Shown here: one piece after another, positions 28,420 through 42,051 of the stretch
How the letters are laid out: the number at the start of each line of letters is the position of its first letter
How positions within the stretch are numbered: position 1 is the first letter of the stretch
NCBI GenBank assembly: GCA_002269645.1
Contig: NIVC01000624.1
Coordinates: 62,001 to 126,000, forward strand
DNA length: 64,000 nt
DNA from: Macrostomum lignano
Taxonomy: Eukaryota
Direction: 5' to 3'
Notes under the pieces: model-generated
The model's database searches: none
Told to the model about the DNA's origin: nothing
What the model saw: only the letters and a program-made list of their open reading frames with translations
Program-made: the position numbers and the translations under genes

Positions 28420-29322
28420 AAGCGATCCTTCACCAATCTAAGAGATCTTCCCCAATCTAAGAGATCTTCACCAATCTAAGAGATCTTCCCCAATCTAAGA
28501 GATCTTCCCCAATCTAAGAGATCTTCCCCAATCTAAGAGATCTTCCCCAATCTAAGAGATCTTTCCCAATCTAAGAGATCTTCCCCAATCTAAGAGATCT
28601 TCCCCAATCTAAGAGATCTTCCCCAATCTAAGAGATCTTCCCCAATCTAAGAGATCTTCACCAATCTAAGCGATCCTTCACCAATCTAAGAGATCTTCAC
28701 CAATCTAAGAGATCTTCCCCAATCTAAGAGATCTTCCCCAATCTAAGAGATCTTCACCAATCTAAGAGATCTTCACCAATCTAAGAGATCTTCCCCAATC
28801 TAAGAGATCTTTCCCAATCCAAGCGATCCTTCAACAATCTAAGCGATCCTTCACCAATCTAAGAGATCTTTCCCAATCTAAGCGATCCTTCACCAATCTA
28901 AGAGATCTTTCCCAATCTAAGCGATCTTCCCCAATCTAAGAGATCTTTCCCAATCCAAGCGATCCTTCAACAATCTAAGCGATCCTTCACCAATCTAAGA
29001 GATCTTTCCCAATCTAAGCGATCCTTCACCAATCTAAGAGATCTTTCCCAATCTAAGCGATCTTCCCCAATCTAAGAGATCTTCACCAATCTAAGAGATC
29101 TTCCCCAATCTAAGAGATCTTCACCAATCTAAGCGATCCTTTACCAATCTAAGAGATCTTCCCCAATCTAAGCGATCCTTTACCAATCTAAGAGATCTTC
29201 CCCAATCTAAGCGATCCTTCACCAATCTAAGAGATCTTCCCCAATCTAAGAGATCTTCCCCAATTTAAGAGATCTTCCCCAATCTAAGAGATCTTCCCCA
29301 ATCTAAGAGATCTTCCCCAATT
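28420..29322. repeat. 19-20 bp satellite CCAATCTAAGAGATCTTCC, related to the 24655-26900 family
   Basis: Shared CACCAATCTA core. Confidence 0.93.
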
Positions 29323-29745
29323 TGACTGCATCTTTAAATGTAATCATTATCCAAATTTGAAAAGCAAATTATTTTCTATATTTTAAACAAGTATTTTAAA
29401 TGAGACAAATATGAGAGCCACACCAGCACACGGGTCACCTGGGGGAGGTGCGAGGCGTGTTTCAGCGCAATTCCAACCACCGAAATCTTGTTTCATCAGC
29501 AAGACTACTTTTCTTTCTTATCCAAGGATGATGGAGTTGCTAAGGGCAGGGGCAGTATTGGGGTGGGTGGGCTAGTAGTCCAGATCCCCACTGGGAATGT
29601 TATAAACAATTGCTATGAAAATCTCGAATTGCGCATTAGTCCTGAGGGGGACATGGCAGCGACCACGCTCTATCAGACATCTATCAAACAGCGCAATAAA
29701 TATCCTTAGGCTGATTAAAGAGGTTATAATGGGCAAGAGGAAATT

Positions 29746-29981
<236 letters not shown>

Positions 29982-29989
29982 TCACTCAC

Positions 29990-30200
29990 CTGATTATTCT
30001 GCAGTCCAGTCTCAAGGTCAAACAAGAGGCCAAAAGTTCGCAGTTTTCTGCTTATCGCTGTTTCAAATCCTTCGAAATAAATCTTTTTTCAGACCGCCAA
30101 AAGTCCCAGATAATTGCTTTTGCCGCCAAAGATTCCTATTGGTCAATCGATCAGCCAATCGGAAGAGTTCCATTGGCAAATTATTAATTTGTTTACCAAT
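29990..30200 (-). promoter_or_regulatory. Putative CCAAT-rich promoter and first non-coding exon (minus strand), probably of ROR
   Basis: Strong minus-strand donor CAG|GTGAGT at 29990/29989; CCAAT/ATTGG at 30138, 30156, 30172 and 30196; the ROR ATG exon has its own acceptor at 22637, so an upstream exon or trans-splice is needed. Confidence 0.4.
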
Positions 30201-30599
30201 TAGAAAAATGCCCCAATCTTGCTACTTTCAGTACGCCAAAACTCTGTCTCGGTGTGCGATTTCGAGCTCGCAGACAAGATTTATTCATGAAGTGATGGAC
30301 AAGATGAATGGAATTTAAAAAAAATATGAATAAACAAAAGCCGCTGAAGCCAGTGTTGTTTAAACACACAGATGCGCTTCTGTATTGACGAGAGCAGGTC
30401 ATTGTGACGAAGTATTATTTATCAGGTTTAGAAAAACCTGACTATAAAGAGATTTGTTTATCGTTAAACCTGGTTTCTTAATAGGGGCAGATCGATGGAT
30501 TATTGACGCTGCAATTAAAGGCTTGTAATGGCTTCTTCTGCAGCAGATAGTAAAACTATTATAGTTTAATAATAGACAGCTGGTTTATAAGAAAAAACT

Positions 30600-31485
30600 A
30601 GGGGAGAATGGGACGGCTGGGGAAGAAACAGGCACGGTGGAGCGAGGGTGGAATGGCGGGGGAGAGAATGGGATGGCGGGGGAGAGAATGGGATGACGGG
30701 GAGAGAATGGGATGGCGGGGGAGAGAATGGGATGGCGGGGAAGAGAATGGGATGGCGGGGGAGAGAATGGGATGGCGGGGGAGAGAATGGGATGGCAGGG
30801 GAGAGAATGGGATGGCGGGGAAGAGAATGGGATGGCGGGGGAGACAATGGGATGGCGGGGAAGAGAATGGGATGGCGGGGGAGAGAATGGGATGGCGGGG
30901 GAGAGAATGGGATGGCGGGGGAGAGAATGGGATGGCGGCGGAGAGGGTAGGGTGGCAGGGAGAGGGTAGGGTAGCAGTGAGAGGGTAGGGTAGCAGGGAG
31001 AGAGTAGGGTAGCAGGGAGAGAGTAGGGTAGCAGTGAGAGGGTAGGGTAGCAGGGAGAGGGTAGGGTAGCAGGGAGAGGGTAGGGTAGCAGGGAGAGGGT
31101 AGGGTAGCAGGGAGAGGGTAGGGTAGCAGGGAGAGGGTAGGGTAGCAGGGAGAGGGTAGGGTAGCAGGGAGAGGGTAGGGTAGCAGGGAGAGGGTAGGGT
31201 AGCAGGGAGAGGGTAGGGTAGCAGTGAGAGGGTAGGGTAGCAGTGAGAGGGTAGGGTAGCAGTGAGAGGGTAGGGTAGCAGGGAGAGAGTAGGGTAGCAG
31301 TGAGAGGGTAGGGTAGCAGGGAGAGGGTAGGGTAGCAGGGAGAGGGTAGGGTAGCAGGGAGAGGGTAGGGTAGCAGGGAGAGGGTAGGGTAGCAGGGAGA
31401 GGGTAGGGTAGCAGGGAGAGGGTAGGGTAGCAGGGAGAGGGTAGGGTAGCAGGGAGAGGGTAGGGTAGCAGGGACAAGGTAGGGT
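30600..31485. repeat. G-rich 19-20 bp minisatellites (GAGAATGGGATGGCGGGG then GAGAGGGTAGGGTAGCAGG)
   Basis: Visible arrays with dense GGG tracts. Confidence 0.94.
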
Positions 31486-32002
31486 GAAATGGCAGAGCAG
31501 TTACTAGCAAACCAGTTCATTCGAGCTACAATCCAAGTCCAATTGAGATCAAGGATTTAATTAATTGGGTCAGTTCTCAATTTCCTGTGAGCATTCAGAG
31601 CCCAGGCAGTCCAATTTAAACAACAGCAGATAGCGGATTCAACATTTGTTTTGGTAAAAATTTTTCCACTATCAGCATTGAATGTGAGATTACAATGTTT
31701 GCTGTCCTGAGTCAAATTAACTACTAATGACTTCGGTCCCACAATTGCAAAACCTACGATCATAGCAGTGCTTATCTTATGCCTTAATCAGTGCTTGTAG
31801 CCATGGCAACCAGAGCAATAGTGACTAGAATTATCTGTATAAATATTAGTAAAAAAGGTGTCAAAAAAGATTTGATTCAGAATTTTTGTCAAATAAACTT
31901 GAGCCGATCGTTTCAAAACAGGCAAGGAGTCTAGTTGTTAGTCACTAATTTTTTTATTATAATAAGCAGGCCCCACCAAAGCTTTATTAAAACTTTTTTC
32001 AG

Positions 32003-33059
32003 CATGCGCTGTGAGCATCAGGTGCTACGTGTACTCAAGCATCCTGGGCGATATTGGGACTGAAGTGACTTGCCCTTCAGGCGTCACATCTTGCTTCAAA
32101 CAGGATATGACAGTGCTTGGCGTTCGAATTGTGAGATTAACAACCCCCTCATTACCATAGATCCCAGCCTCTCATTACCATAGATCCCAGCCTCTCATTA
32201 CCATAGATCCCAGCCTCTCATTACCATAGATCCCAGCCTCTCATTACCATAGATCCCAGCCTCTCATTACCATAGATCCAACCCTCTCATTACCATAGAT
32301 CCAACCCTCTCATTCCCATAGATCCCAGCCTCTCATTACCATAGATCCCAGCCTCTCACTACCATAGATCCCAGCCTCTCATTACCATAGATCCAACCCT
32401 CTCATTACCATAGATCCAACCCTCTCATTACCATAGATCCAACCCTCTCATTCCCATAGATCCCAGCCTCTCATTACCATAGATCCCAGCCTCTCATTAC
32501 CATAGATCGCAGCCTCTCATTACCATAGATCCAACCCTCTCATTACCATAGATCCCAGCCTCTCATTACCATAGATCCAACCCTCTCATTACCATAGATC
32601 CCAGCCTCTCATTACCATAGATCCAACCCTCTCATTACCATAGATCCCAGCCTCTCATTACCATAGATCCAACCCTCTCATTACCATAGATCCCAGCCTC
32701 TCATTACCATAGATCCAACCCTCTCATTACCATAGATCCCAGCCTCTCATTACCATAGATCCAACCCTCTCATTACTATAGATCATACCCCACATTACTA
32801 TAGATCCTATCCCCCATTACTATAGATCCTACCCTCATTACCCACACACTACAAAGACCCTGTGGTGAGTCTCTGTTCCACCACAACGTCCCTCTGGCAG
32901 ATCAACGGCAACTGCGGCGGCTGCAACTTTACCAGCACAGGCTGCACCGAGTGCAACACGGATCTGTGCAACTCCGGCCACCGTTCTGTCGTTGCCTCAG
33001 CCTCAGTCGGGCTCCTGTCTGGTGCCCTGCTAATGGGCATCAAGTCGGTGCTGCTGTGA
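32003..33059 (+). CDS. Small GPI-anchored Ly6/uPAR three-finger protein; exons 32003-32130 and 32901-33059; first (signal) exon not resolved
   Basis: Spliced translation CAVSIRCYVYSSILGDIGTEVTCPSGVTSCFKQDMTVLGVRI|INGNCGGCNFTSTGCTECNTDLCNSGHRS-VVASASVGLLSGALLMGIKSVLL: 8 Cys from IRCY onward, terminal C..D.CN motif, hydrophobic GPI tail; acceptors TTTTTTCAG and CCCTCTGGCAG; donor GTGAGA; phases consistent. Confidence 0.78.
32140..32845. repeat. 23 bp intronic minisatellite TCATTACCATAGATCCCAGCCTC
   Basis: Fills the Ly6 intron. Confidence 0.94.
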
Positions 33060-33332
33060 ACTAAACCTTTGAGCTTTTAGATGTGCCCGGAAAGTGAACA
33101 AAACATCTGATGAAAAACAAAGAAACAGCAACGAAATTTAACAAAATGAAGAATTTTATAGTTTTTAAGTATAGAGGTGCAGTCTTCATATAAATATATT
33201 TGCCAACATAATAATTATGTCGAATATAGTTACAAAAGTTCCTAGTTAGGTTTTAATAATCATAATATAAGCGAGTTGGTTTCATTATTTTAATTTAAAA
33301 GCCTAATTACTATAAGTAGGTATCATTAATGC

Positions 33333-36300
33333 TGGCTAGATTAGCAATCCATTCTATTCCTTCATTGCTGTAGGCTAGATTAGCAATCCATTCTATTCCT
33401 TCACTGATGTAGGCTAGATTAGCAATCCATTCTATTCCTTCATTGATGTAGGCTAGATTAGCAATCCATTCTATTCCTTCATTGATGTAGGCTAAATTAG
33501 CAATCCATTCTATTCCTTCATTGATGTAGGCTAGATTAGCAATCCATTCTACTCCTTCATTGATGTAGGCTAGATTAGCAATCCATTCTATACATTTATT
33601 GGTGTAGGCTAGATTAGCAATCCATTCTATTCCTTCACTGATGTAGGCTAGATTAGCAATCCATTCTATTCCTTCATTGATGTAGGCTAGATTAGCAATT
33701 CATTCTATTCCTTCATTGATGTAGGCTAGATTAGCAATCCATTCTATTCCTTCATTGATGTAGGCTAGATTAGCAATCCATTCTATACATTTATTGGTGT
33801 AGGCTAGATTAGCAATCCATTCTATTCCTTCATTGATGTAGGCTAGATTAGCAATCCATTCTATTCCTTCATTGATGTAGGCTAGATTAGCAATCCATTC
33901 TATTCCTTCATTGATGTAGGCTAGATTAGCAATCCATTCTATTCCTTCATTGATGTAGGCTAGATTAGCAATCCATTCTATTCCTTCATTGATGTAGGCT
34001 AGATTAGCAATCCATTCTATTCCTTCATTGATGTAGGCTAGATTAGCAATCCATTCTATTCCTTCATTGATGTAGGCTAGATTAGCAATCCATTCTATTC
34101 CTTCACTGATGTAGGCTAGATTAGCAATCCATTCTATTCCTTCATTGATGTAGGCTAGATTAGCAATCCATTCTATTCCTTCATTGATGTAGGCTAGATT
34201 AGCAATCCATTCTATTCCTTCATTGATGTAGGCTAGATTAGCAATCCATTCTACTCCTTCATTGATGTAGGCTAGATTAGCAATCCATTCTATTCCTTCA
34301 TTGATGTAGGCTAGATTAGCAATCCATTCTATTCCTTCATTGATGTAGGCTAGATTAGCAATCCATTCTATTCCTTCATTGATGTAGGCTAGATTAGCAA
34401 TCCATTCTATTCCTTCATTGATGTAGGCTAGATTAGCAATCCATTCTATTCCTTCATTGATGTAGGCTAGATTAGCAATCCATTCTATTCCTTCATTGAT
34501 GTAGGATAGATTAGCAATCCATTCTGTTCCTTCACTGATGTAGGCTAGATTAGCAATCCATTCTATTCCTTCACTGATGTAGGCTAGATTAGCAATCCAT
34601 TCTATTCCTTCATTGATGTAGGCTAGATTAGCAATCCATTCTATTCCTTCATTGATGTAGGCTAGATTAGCAATCCATTCTATTCCTTCATTGATGTAGG
34701 CTAGATTAGCAATCCATTCTATTCCTTCATTGATGTACGCTAGATTAGCAATCCATTCTATTCCTTCATTGATGTAGGCTAGATTAGCAATCCATTCTAC
34801 TCCTTCATTGATGTAGGCTAGATTAGCAATCCATTCTATTCCTTCATTGATGTACGCTAGATTAGCAATCCATTCTATTCCTTCATTGATGTAGGCTAGA
34901 TTAGCAATCCATTCTACTCCTTCATTGATGTAGGCTAGATTAGCAATCCATTCTGTTCCTTCATTGATGTAGGCTAGATTAGCAATCCATTCTATTCCTT
35001 CACTGATGCAGGCTAGATTAGCAATCCATTCTATTCCTTCACTGATGTAGGCTAGATTAGCAATCCATTCTGTTCCTTCATTGATGTAGGCTAGATTAGC
35101 AATCCATTCTATTCCTTCATTGATGTAGGCTAGATTAGCAATCCATTCTATTCCTTCATTGATGTAGGCTAGATTAGCAATCCATTCTATACATTTATTG
35201 GTGTAGGCTAGATTAGCAATCCATTCTATTCCTTCATTGCTGTGGGCTAAATTAGCAATCCATTCTATTCCTTCATTGATGTAGGCTAGATTAGCAATCC
35301 ATTCTATTCCTTCATTGATGTAGGCTAGATTAGCAATCCATTCTATTCCTTCATTGATGTAGGCTAGATTAGCAATCCATTCTATTCCTTCATTGATGTA
35401 GGCTAGATTAGCAATCCATTCTATTCCTTCATTGATGTAGGCTAGATTAGCAATCCATTCTGTTCCTTCATTGATGTAGGCTAGATTAGCAATCCATTCT
35501 GTTCCTTCATTGATGTAGGCTAGATTAGCAATCCATTCTATTCCTTCATTGATGTAGGCTAGATTAGCAATCCATTCTATTCCTTCATTGCTGTAGGCTA
35601 GATTAGCAATCCATTCTGTTCCTTCATTGATGTAGGCTAGATTAGCAATCCATTCTGTTCCTTCATTGATGTAGGCTAGATTAGCAATCCATTCTGTTCC
35701 TTCATTGATGTAGGCTAGATTAGCAATCCATTCTATTCCTTCATTGATGTAGGCTAGATTAGCAATCCATTCTATTCCTTCATTGATGTAGGCTAGATTA
35801 GCAATCCATTCTATTCCTTCACTGATGTAGGCTAGATTAGCAATCCATTCTGTTCCTTCACTGATGCAGGCTAGATTAGCAATCCATTCTATTCCTTCAT
35901 TGATGTAGGCTAGATTAGCAATCCATTCTATTCCTTCATTGATGTAGGCTAGATTAGCAATCCATTCTATTCCTTCATTGATGTAGGCTAGATTAGCAAT
36001 CCATTCTATTCCTTCATTGATGTAGGCTAGATTAGCAATCCATTCTATTCCTTCATTGATGTAGGCTAGATTAGCAATCCATTCTATTCCTTCATTGATG
36101 TAGGCTAGATTAGCAATCCATTCTATTCCTTCATTGATGTAGGCTAGATTAGCAATCCATTCTATTCCTTCATTGCTGTGGGCTAAATTAGCAATCCATT
36201 CTATTCCTTCATTGATGTAGGCTAGATTAGCAATCCATTCTATTCCTTCATTGCTGTGGGCTAAATTAGCAATCCATTCTATTCCTTCATTGATGTAGGC

Positions 36301-36545
36301 TAGATTAGCAATCCATTCTATTCCTTCACTGATGTAGGCTAGATTAGCAATCCATTCTATTCCTTCATTGCTGTGGGCTAGATTAGCAATCCATTCTATT
36401 CCTTCACTGATGTAGGCTAGATTAGCAATCCATTCTATTCCTTCATTGCTGTGGGCTAGATTAGCAATCCATTCTATTCCTTCATTGATGTAGGCTAGAT
36501 TAGCAATCCATTCTATTCCGTCATTGCTGTGGGCTAAATTAGCAA
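33333..36545. repeat. 39 bp satellite GGCTAGATTAGCAATCCATTCTATTCCTTCATTGATGTA (~82 copies)
   Basis: Period 39 visible. Confidence 0.97.
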
Positions 36546-36807
36546 TGAATTTTTCAAAGCGAATCTAATTTCCAAGCAGAGATAGGTAAATGCTAATTTG
36601 TTTTATCTGGATAGTTGCCGGCTCGAGGAGTCTCAGACAGTTTCATAAAAAGGTCATTTGGCTGAAAAGATATGGCAGGACTGCTGCGAACACAGATAAG
36701 CCTGGGATCAGGCAGATTTGGCCGACTTTAAAGTAAACTATAGCAAACTTGTCAACAGTTTATGTATCAAATACGACAAGGTTTAAGCGTTATAAACCTG
36801 TGTACAA

Positions 36808-38203
36808 TGAATGAAGAGGTCAAGTTAGTAGATAGAGACACAATGAAGAGGTCCAGTTAGTAGATATAAACACAATGAAGAGGTCCAGTTAGTAGATATA
36901 AACACAATGAAGAGGTCCAGTTAGTACATATAGACACAATGAAGAGGTCCAGTTAGTACATATAGACACAATGAAGAGGTCCAGTTAGTACATATAGACA
37001 CAATGAAGAGGTCCAATTGGTAGATATAGACACAATGAAGAGGTCCAGTTAGTAGATATAAACACAATGAAGAGGTCCAATTGGTAGATATAGACACAAT
37101 GAAGAGGTCCAGTTAGTAGATATAAACACAATGAAGAGGTCCAATTGGTAGATATAGACACAATGAAGAGGTCCAGTTAGTAGATATAAACACAATGAAG
37201 AGGTCCAGTTAGTAGATATAAACACAATGAAGAGGTCCAGTTAGTACATATAGACACAATGAAGAGGTCCAGTTAGTAGATATAAACACAATGAAGAGGT
37301 CCAGTTAGTAGATATAGACACAATGAAGAGGTCCAGTTAGTACATATAGACACAATGAAGAGGTCCAGTTAGTAGATATAGACACAATGAAGAGGTCCAG
37401 TTAGTACATATAGACACAATGAAGAGGTCCAGTTAGTACATATAGACACAATGAAGAGGTCCAATTGGTAGATATAGACACAATGAAGAGGTCCAGTTAG
37501 TAGATATAAACACAATGAAGAGGTCCAGTTAGTAGATATAAACACAATGAAGAGGTCCAGTTAGTACATATAGACACAATGAAGAGGTCCAGTTAGTAGA
37601 TATAAACACAATGAAGAGGTCCAGTTAGTAGATATAGACACAATGAAGAGGTCCAGTTAGTACATATAGACACAATGAAGAGGTCCAGTTAGTAGATATA
37701 GACACAATGAAGAGGTCCAGTTAGTAGATATAGACACAATGAAGAGGTCCAGTTAGTAGATAGAGACACAATGAAGAGGTCCAGTTAGTAGATATAGACA
37801 CAATGAAGAGGTCCAGTTAGTACATATAGACACAATGAAGAGGTCCAGTTAGTAGATATAGACACAATGAAGAGGTCCAGTTAGTAGATAGAGACACAAT
37901 GAAGAGGTCCAGTTAGTAGATATAAACACAATGAAGAGGTCCAGTTAGTAGATATAGACACAATGAAGAGGTCCAGTTAGTACATATAGACACAATGAAG
38001 AGGTCCAGTTAGTAGATATAGACACAATGAAGAGGTCCAGTTAGTAGATAGAGACACAATGAAGAGGTCCAGTTAGTAGATATAAACACAATGAAGAGGT
38101 CCAGTTAGTAGATATAAACACAATGAAGAGGTCCAGTTAGTACATATAGACACAATGAAGAGGTCCAGTTAGTAGATATAGACACAATGAAGAGGTCCAG
38201 TTA
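36808..38203. repeat. 32 bp satellite AATGAAGAGGTCCAGTTAGTAGATATAGACAC (~43 copies)
   Basis: Period 32 visible. Confidence 0.97.
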
Positions 38204-38871
38204 CTCGTGCTATTGGTATACTCATTTCAGCCAAAACCTTCATAGCAAGCATATAGGCGAATAATAATTAACTTGTGATTCATGTTTTTTACCACAAGGA
38301 CGGATCGCATAAACTAGATGTAAGCCGTTTTGTATTTTTTACGTAAATCGCAAGCCTGATCTGGCAGGCACAAAGCAAACAAATTCTCGACATTTTAATT
38401 TGAAGTCAAGTGCAAAAATAATAGTTTTTGCATAATTTAAAAGCCACATTGCGAGCGCACTGCCTACCATAAATAGTATGGGAAGTAGTAAAGCTTCTTA
38501 GCGTTTGCATTTTTATGACCAACCCACACGCCAAAAACTCACGGATGCATGACCCTATGGTTATATAATTCATTATTACATTAATTTTTGGTTAAATTAA
38601 CTTGGCTCTGCTTGTGCAATTAACGCCTTGAGGGCCAACCCCCAAGGCGCAGTGAAGTGTACATGCCTAGCAATAAATAAAGTTAGGAACGCTGTACACT
38701 CCTGTGTGAGTGTGTGCCTGTGCGTGTGACTGCTTACGTATCCGCGCGCTTGTGAGCCTGCTCAGGGGAGTTGGCGGAATGGGCAGCAATGCCTCTCTCC
38801 GGTTGTGTGACAATGTCGCTTAAAGTGCGCCAGGGTGCACACAGGCCCTGCTTTTAATAAATATGTAGTAG

Positions 38872-40600
38872 ACCCCATGAACCCCAAGAAGCCATGGACG
38901 CCAAGAAGCCATGGACCCCAAGAAGCCATGGACCCCAAGAAGCCATGGACCCCAAGAAGCCATGGACCCCAAGAAGCCATGGACCCCAAGAAGCCATGGA
39001 CTCCAAGAAGCCATGGACCCCAAGAAGCCATGGACCCCAAGAAGCCATGGACCCCAAGAAGCCATGGACCCCAAGAAGCCATGGACCCCAAGAAGCCATG
39101 GACCCCAAGAAGCCATGGACCTCAAGAAGCCATGGACCCCAAGAAGCCATGGACCCCAAGAATCCATGGATCCCAAGAAGCCATGGACCCCAAGAAGCCA
39201 TGGACCCCAAGAAGCCATGGACCCCAAGAAGCCATGGACCTCAAGAAGCCATGGACCCCAAGAAGTCATGGACGCCAAGAAGCCATGGACCCCAAGAAGC
39301 CATGGACCCCAAGAATCCATGGATCCCAAGAAGCCATGGACCCCAAGAAGCCATGGACCCCAAGAAGCCATGGACCCCAAGAAGCCATGGACCCCAAGAA
39401 GCCATGGACCCCAAGAAGCCATGGACCCCAAGAAGCCATGGACCTCAAGAATCCATGGACCCCAAGAAGCCATGGACCCCAAGAATCCATGGACCTCAAG
39501 AATCCATGGACCCCAAGAACCCATGGACCACAAGAATCCATGGACCCCAAGAAGCCATGGACCCCAAGAAGCCATGGACCCCAAAAGCCATGCACGCCAA
39601 GAAGCCATGGACGCCAAGTAGCCATGGACCCCAAGAAGCCATGGACCCCAAAAGCCCTGGACGCCAAGAACCCATGGACGCCAAGAAGCCATGGACGCCA
39701 AGAAGCCATGGACCCCAAGAAGCCATGGACCCCAAGAAGCCATGGACCCCAAGAAGCCATGGACCTCAAGAATCCATGGACGCCAAGAAGCCATGGACCC
39801 CAAGAACCCATGGACCCCAAGAAGCCATGGACCTCAAGAATCCATGGACCCCAAGAAGCCATGGACCCCAAGAATCCATGGACCTCAAGAATCCATGGAC
39901 CCCAAGAACCCATGGACCCCAAGAAGCCATGGACCCCAAGAAGCCATGGACCCCAAGAAGCCATGGACCCCAAAAGCCATGCACGCCAAGAAGCCATGGA
40001 CGCCAAGTAGCCATGGACCCCAAGAAGCCATGGACCCCAAAAGCCCTGGACGCCAAGAACCCATGGACGCCAAGAAGCCATGGACGCCAAGAAGCCATGG
40101 ACCCCAAGAAGCCATGGACCCCAAGAAGCCATGGACCCCAAGAAGCCATGGACCTCAAGAATCCATGGACCCCAAGAACCCATGGACCACAAGAATCCAT
40201 GGACCCCAAGAAGCCATGGACGCCAAGAAGCCATGGACCCCAAGAACCCATGGACCCCAAGAAGCCATGGACCTCAAGAATCCATGGACCCCAAGAAGCC
40301 ATGGACCCCAAGAATCCATGGACCTCAAGAATCCATGGACCCCAAGAAGCCATGGACCTCAAGAATCCATGGACCCCAAGAACCCATGGACCACAAGAAT
40401 CCATGGACTCCAAGAATCCATGGGCCCCAAGAAGCCATGGACCCCAAGAAGCCATGGACGCCAAGAAGCCATGGACCCCAAGAAGCCATGGACCCCAAGA
40501 ATCCATGGACGCCAGAAGCCATGGACCCCAAGAAGCCATGGACCTCAAGAATCCATGGACCCCAAGAAGCCATGGACCCCAAAAGCCGTGGACCCCAAGA
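38872..40600. repeat. 17 bp satellite CCATGGACCCCAAGAAG
   Basis: Period 17; stop-poor, so it yields long spurious ORFs. Confidence 0.96.
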
Positions 40601-40677
40601 AAATCGAAACCCAAACCACCTGAAGCCGGCGCCCTCGAGACATAAACAAAGCACATTGCAGAGACAGTTCAGCAATG

Positions 40678-42051
40678 TCAAGACAGCGGCTTCAGAGGCA
40701 GCAGCAGAGCCGCCAGCAGCATCATCATCACGGCTGTCGATGCCGCAGTCCCCCTCGACGCCGAGTTGCAGCCGTCAAATCGGCACATGGTGACGCAGCC
40801 ATCGAAGTACTGCTGCTCGCCATCGTTAGCGAGTTTGAAGTTGCCGCAGTGGCTCTTCATGACGTTGTTGACCAGCGGGTCGACGCTACAACGGCGCACC
40901 AGCACGGACTGGCCGTCAGACCGGCGCCTGCCTTTCAGCTTGAAGCAGAACCTGGCGGGGAACACGCCGTTCTGCGCTCGGCGACCCTGGTTGCACGGGG
41001 TTGTCAAGCCGATCAGAGAGGAGTCGAACGGGTCGTGACAGGCCGGGTTCGAACCGTTGATGGAGCTGCACACGTAGCAGCTGATGCCGCCGCCGGAGTC
41101 TGAGGAGAACACTGCCGGGAAGGGGGGGTCGGGGAGTGAGCAGTGTGGGGTGATTTGGAGCGAGGAAAATCGAATAGTGGAGACAAGGATTTAATAGCTG
41201 ATGAAGATTCACAAGAGTGAAGAGTGACAAGAGTGAAGAGTGACAAGAGTGAAGAGTGACAAGAGTGAAGAGTGACAAGAGTGAAGAGTGACAAGAGTGA
41301 AGAGTGACAAGAGTGAAGAGTGACAAGAGTGAAGAGTGACAAGAGTGAAGAGTGACAAGAGTGAAGAGTGACAAGAGTGAAGAGTGACAAGAGTGAAGAG
41401 TGACAAGAGTGAAGAGTGACAAGAGTGAAGAGTGACAAGAGTGAAGAGTGACAAGAGTGAAGAGTAACAAGAGTGAAGAGTGACAAGAATGAAGAGTAAC
41501 AAGAGTGAAGAGTGACAAGAATGAAGAGTAACAAGAGTGAAGAGTGACAAGAATGAAGAGTAACAAGAGTGAAGAGTGACAAGAATGAAGAGTAACAAGA
41601 GTGAAGAGTGACAAGAGTGAAGATTGACAAGAGTGAAGAGTGACAAGAGTGAAGAGTGACAAGATGTGAAGAGTGACAAGAGTGAAGAGTGACAAGATGT
41701 GAAGAGTGATATGAGGAAAGAGTGACAGGTGACATGATCCAACAGGCAAGGCATGAGTTGGGAACAGGCAAGGCATGAGTTGGGAACAGGCAAGGCATGA
41801 GTTGGGAACAGGCAAGGCATGAGTTGGGAACAGGCAAGGCATGAGTTGGGAACAGGCAAGGCATGAGTTGGGAACAGGCAAGGCATGAGTTGGGAACAGG
41901 CAAGGCATGAGTTGGGAACAGGCAAGGCATGAGTTGGGAACAGGCAAGTGGATCACAGCAGCTCGCAGACCTTACCTTGGGCCTCGCAGACAGAGTTGAG
42001 AATGGCCAACAGACAGGCTGCAAGCAGCAGAGCTTCAACTGCAGCCGGCAT
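40678..42051 (-). CDS. Quiver/sleepless-like GPI-anchored Ly6 (three-finger) protein, 165 aa; exons complement(41976-42051, 40678-41099)
   Basis: Signal MPAAVEALLLAACLLAILNSVCEAQ; ISCYVCSSINGSNPACHDPF...CFKLKG...LVRRC...CG.F...GCVTMC..DGCN followed by a hydrophobic GPI tail; donor GTAAGG and acceptor TTCTCCTCAG in matching phase 1. Confidence 0.88.
41213..41948. repeat. 16 bp (AGTGAAGAGTGACAAG) and 22 bp (CAGGCAAGGCATGAGTTGGGAA) intronic arrays
   Basis: Fill the intron of the quiver-like gene. Confidence 0.94.

Noticed and set aside
31803-31848. Candidate first exon of the Ly6 gene (MATRAIVTRIICINI, phase 1 donor)
   Set aside because: Weak donor and weak signal-peptide character, and it overlaps an X-box and a TATA-like motif; the first exon is left unresolved.
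38624-38670. Hairpin CGCCTTG...CAAGGCG followed by CTAG (possible Helitron 3' end)
   Set aside because: Spacing of ~17 nt is long, the next base is C rather than T, and no matching 5' TC end was found.
38762-40793. Long ORFs of up to 583 aa (PKKPWTPRSHGPQEAMD repeats) on both strands
   Set aside because: Translations of a stop-poor 17 bp satellite, open in many frames and both strands; no signal peptide, splice or promoter support.
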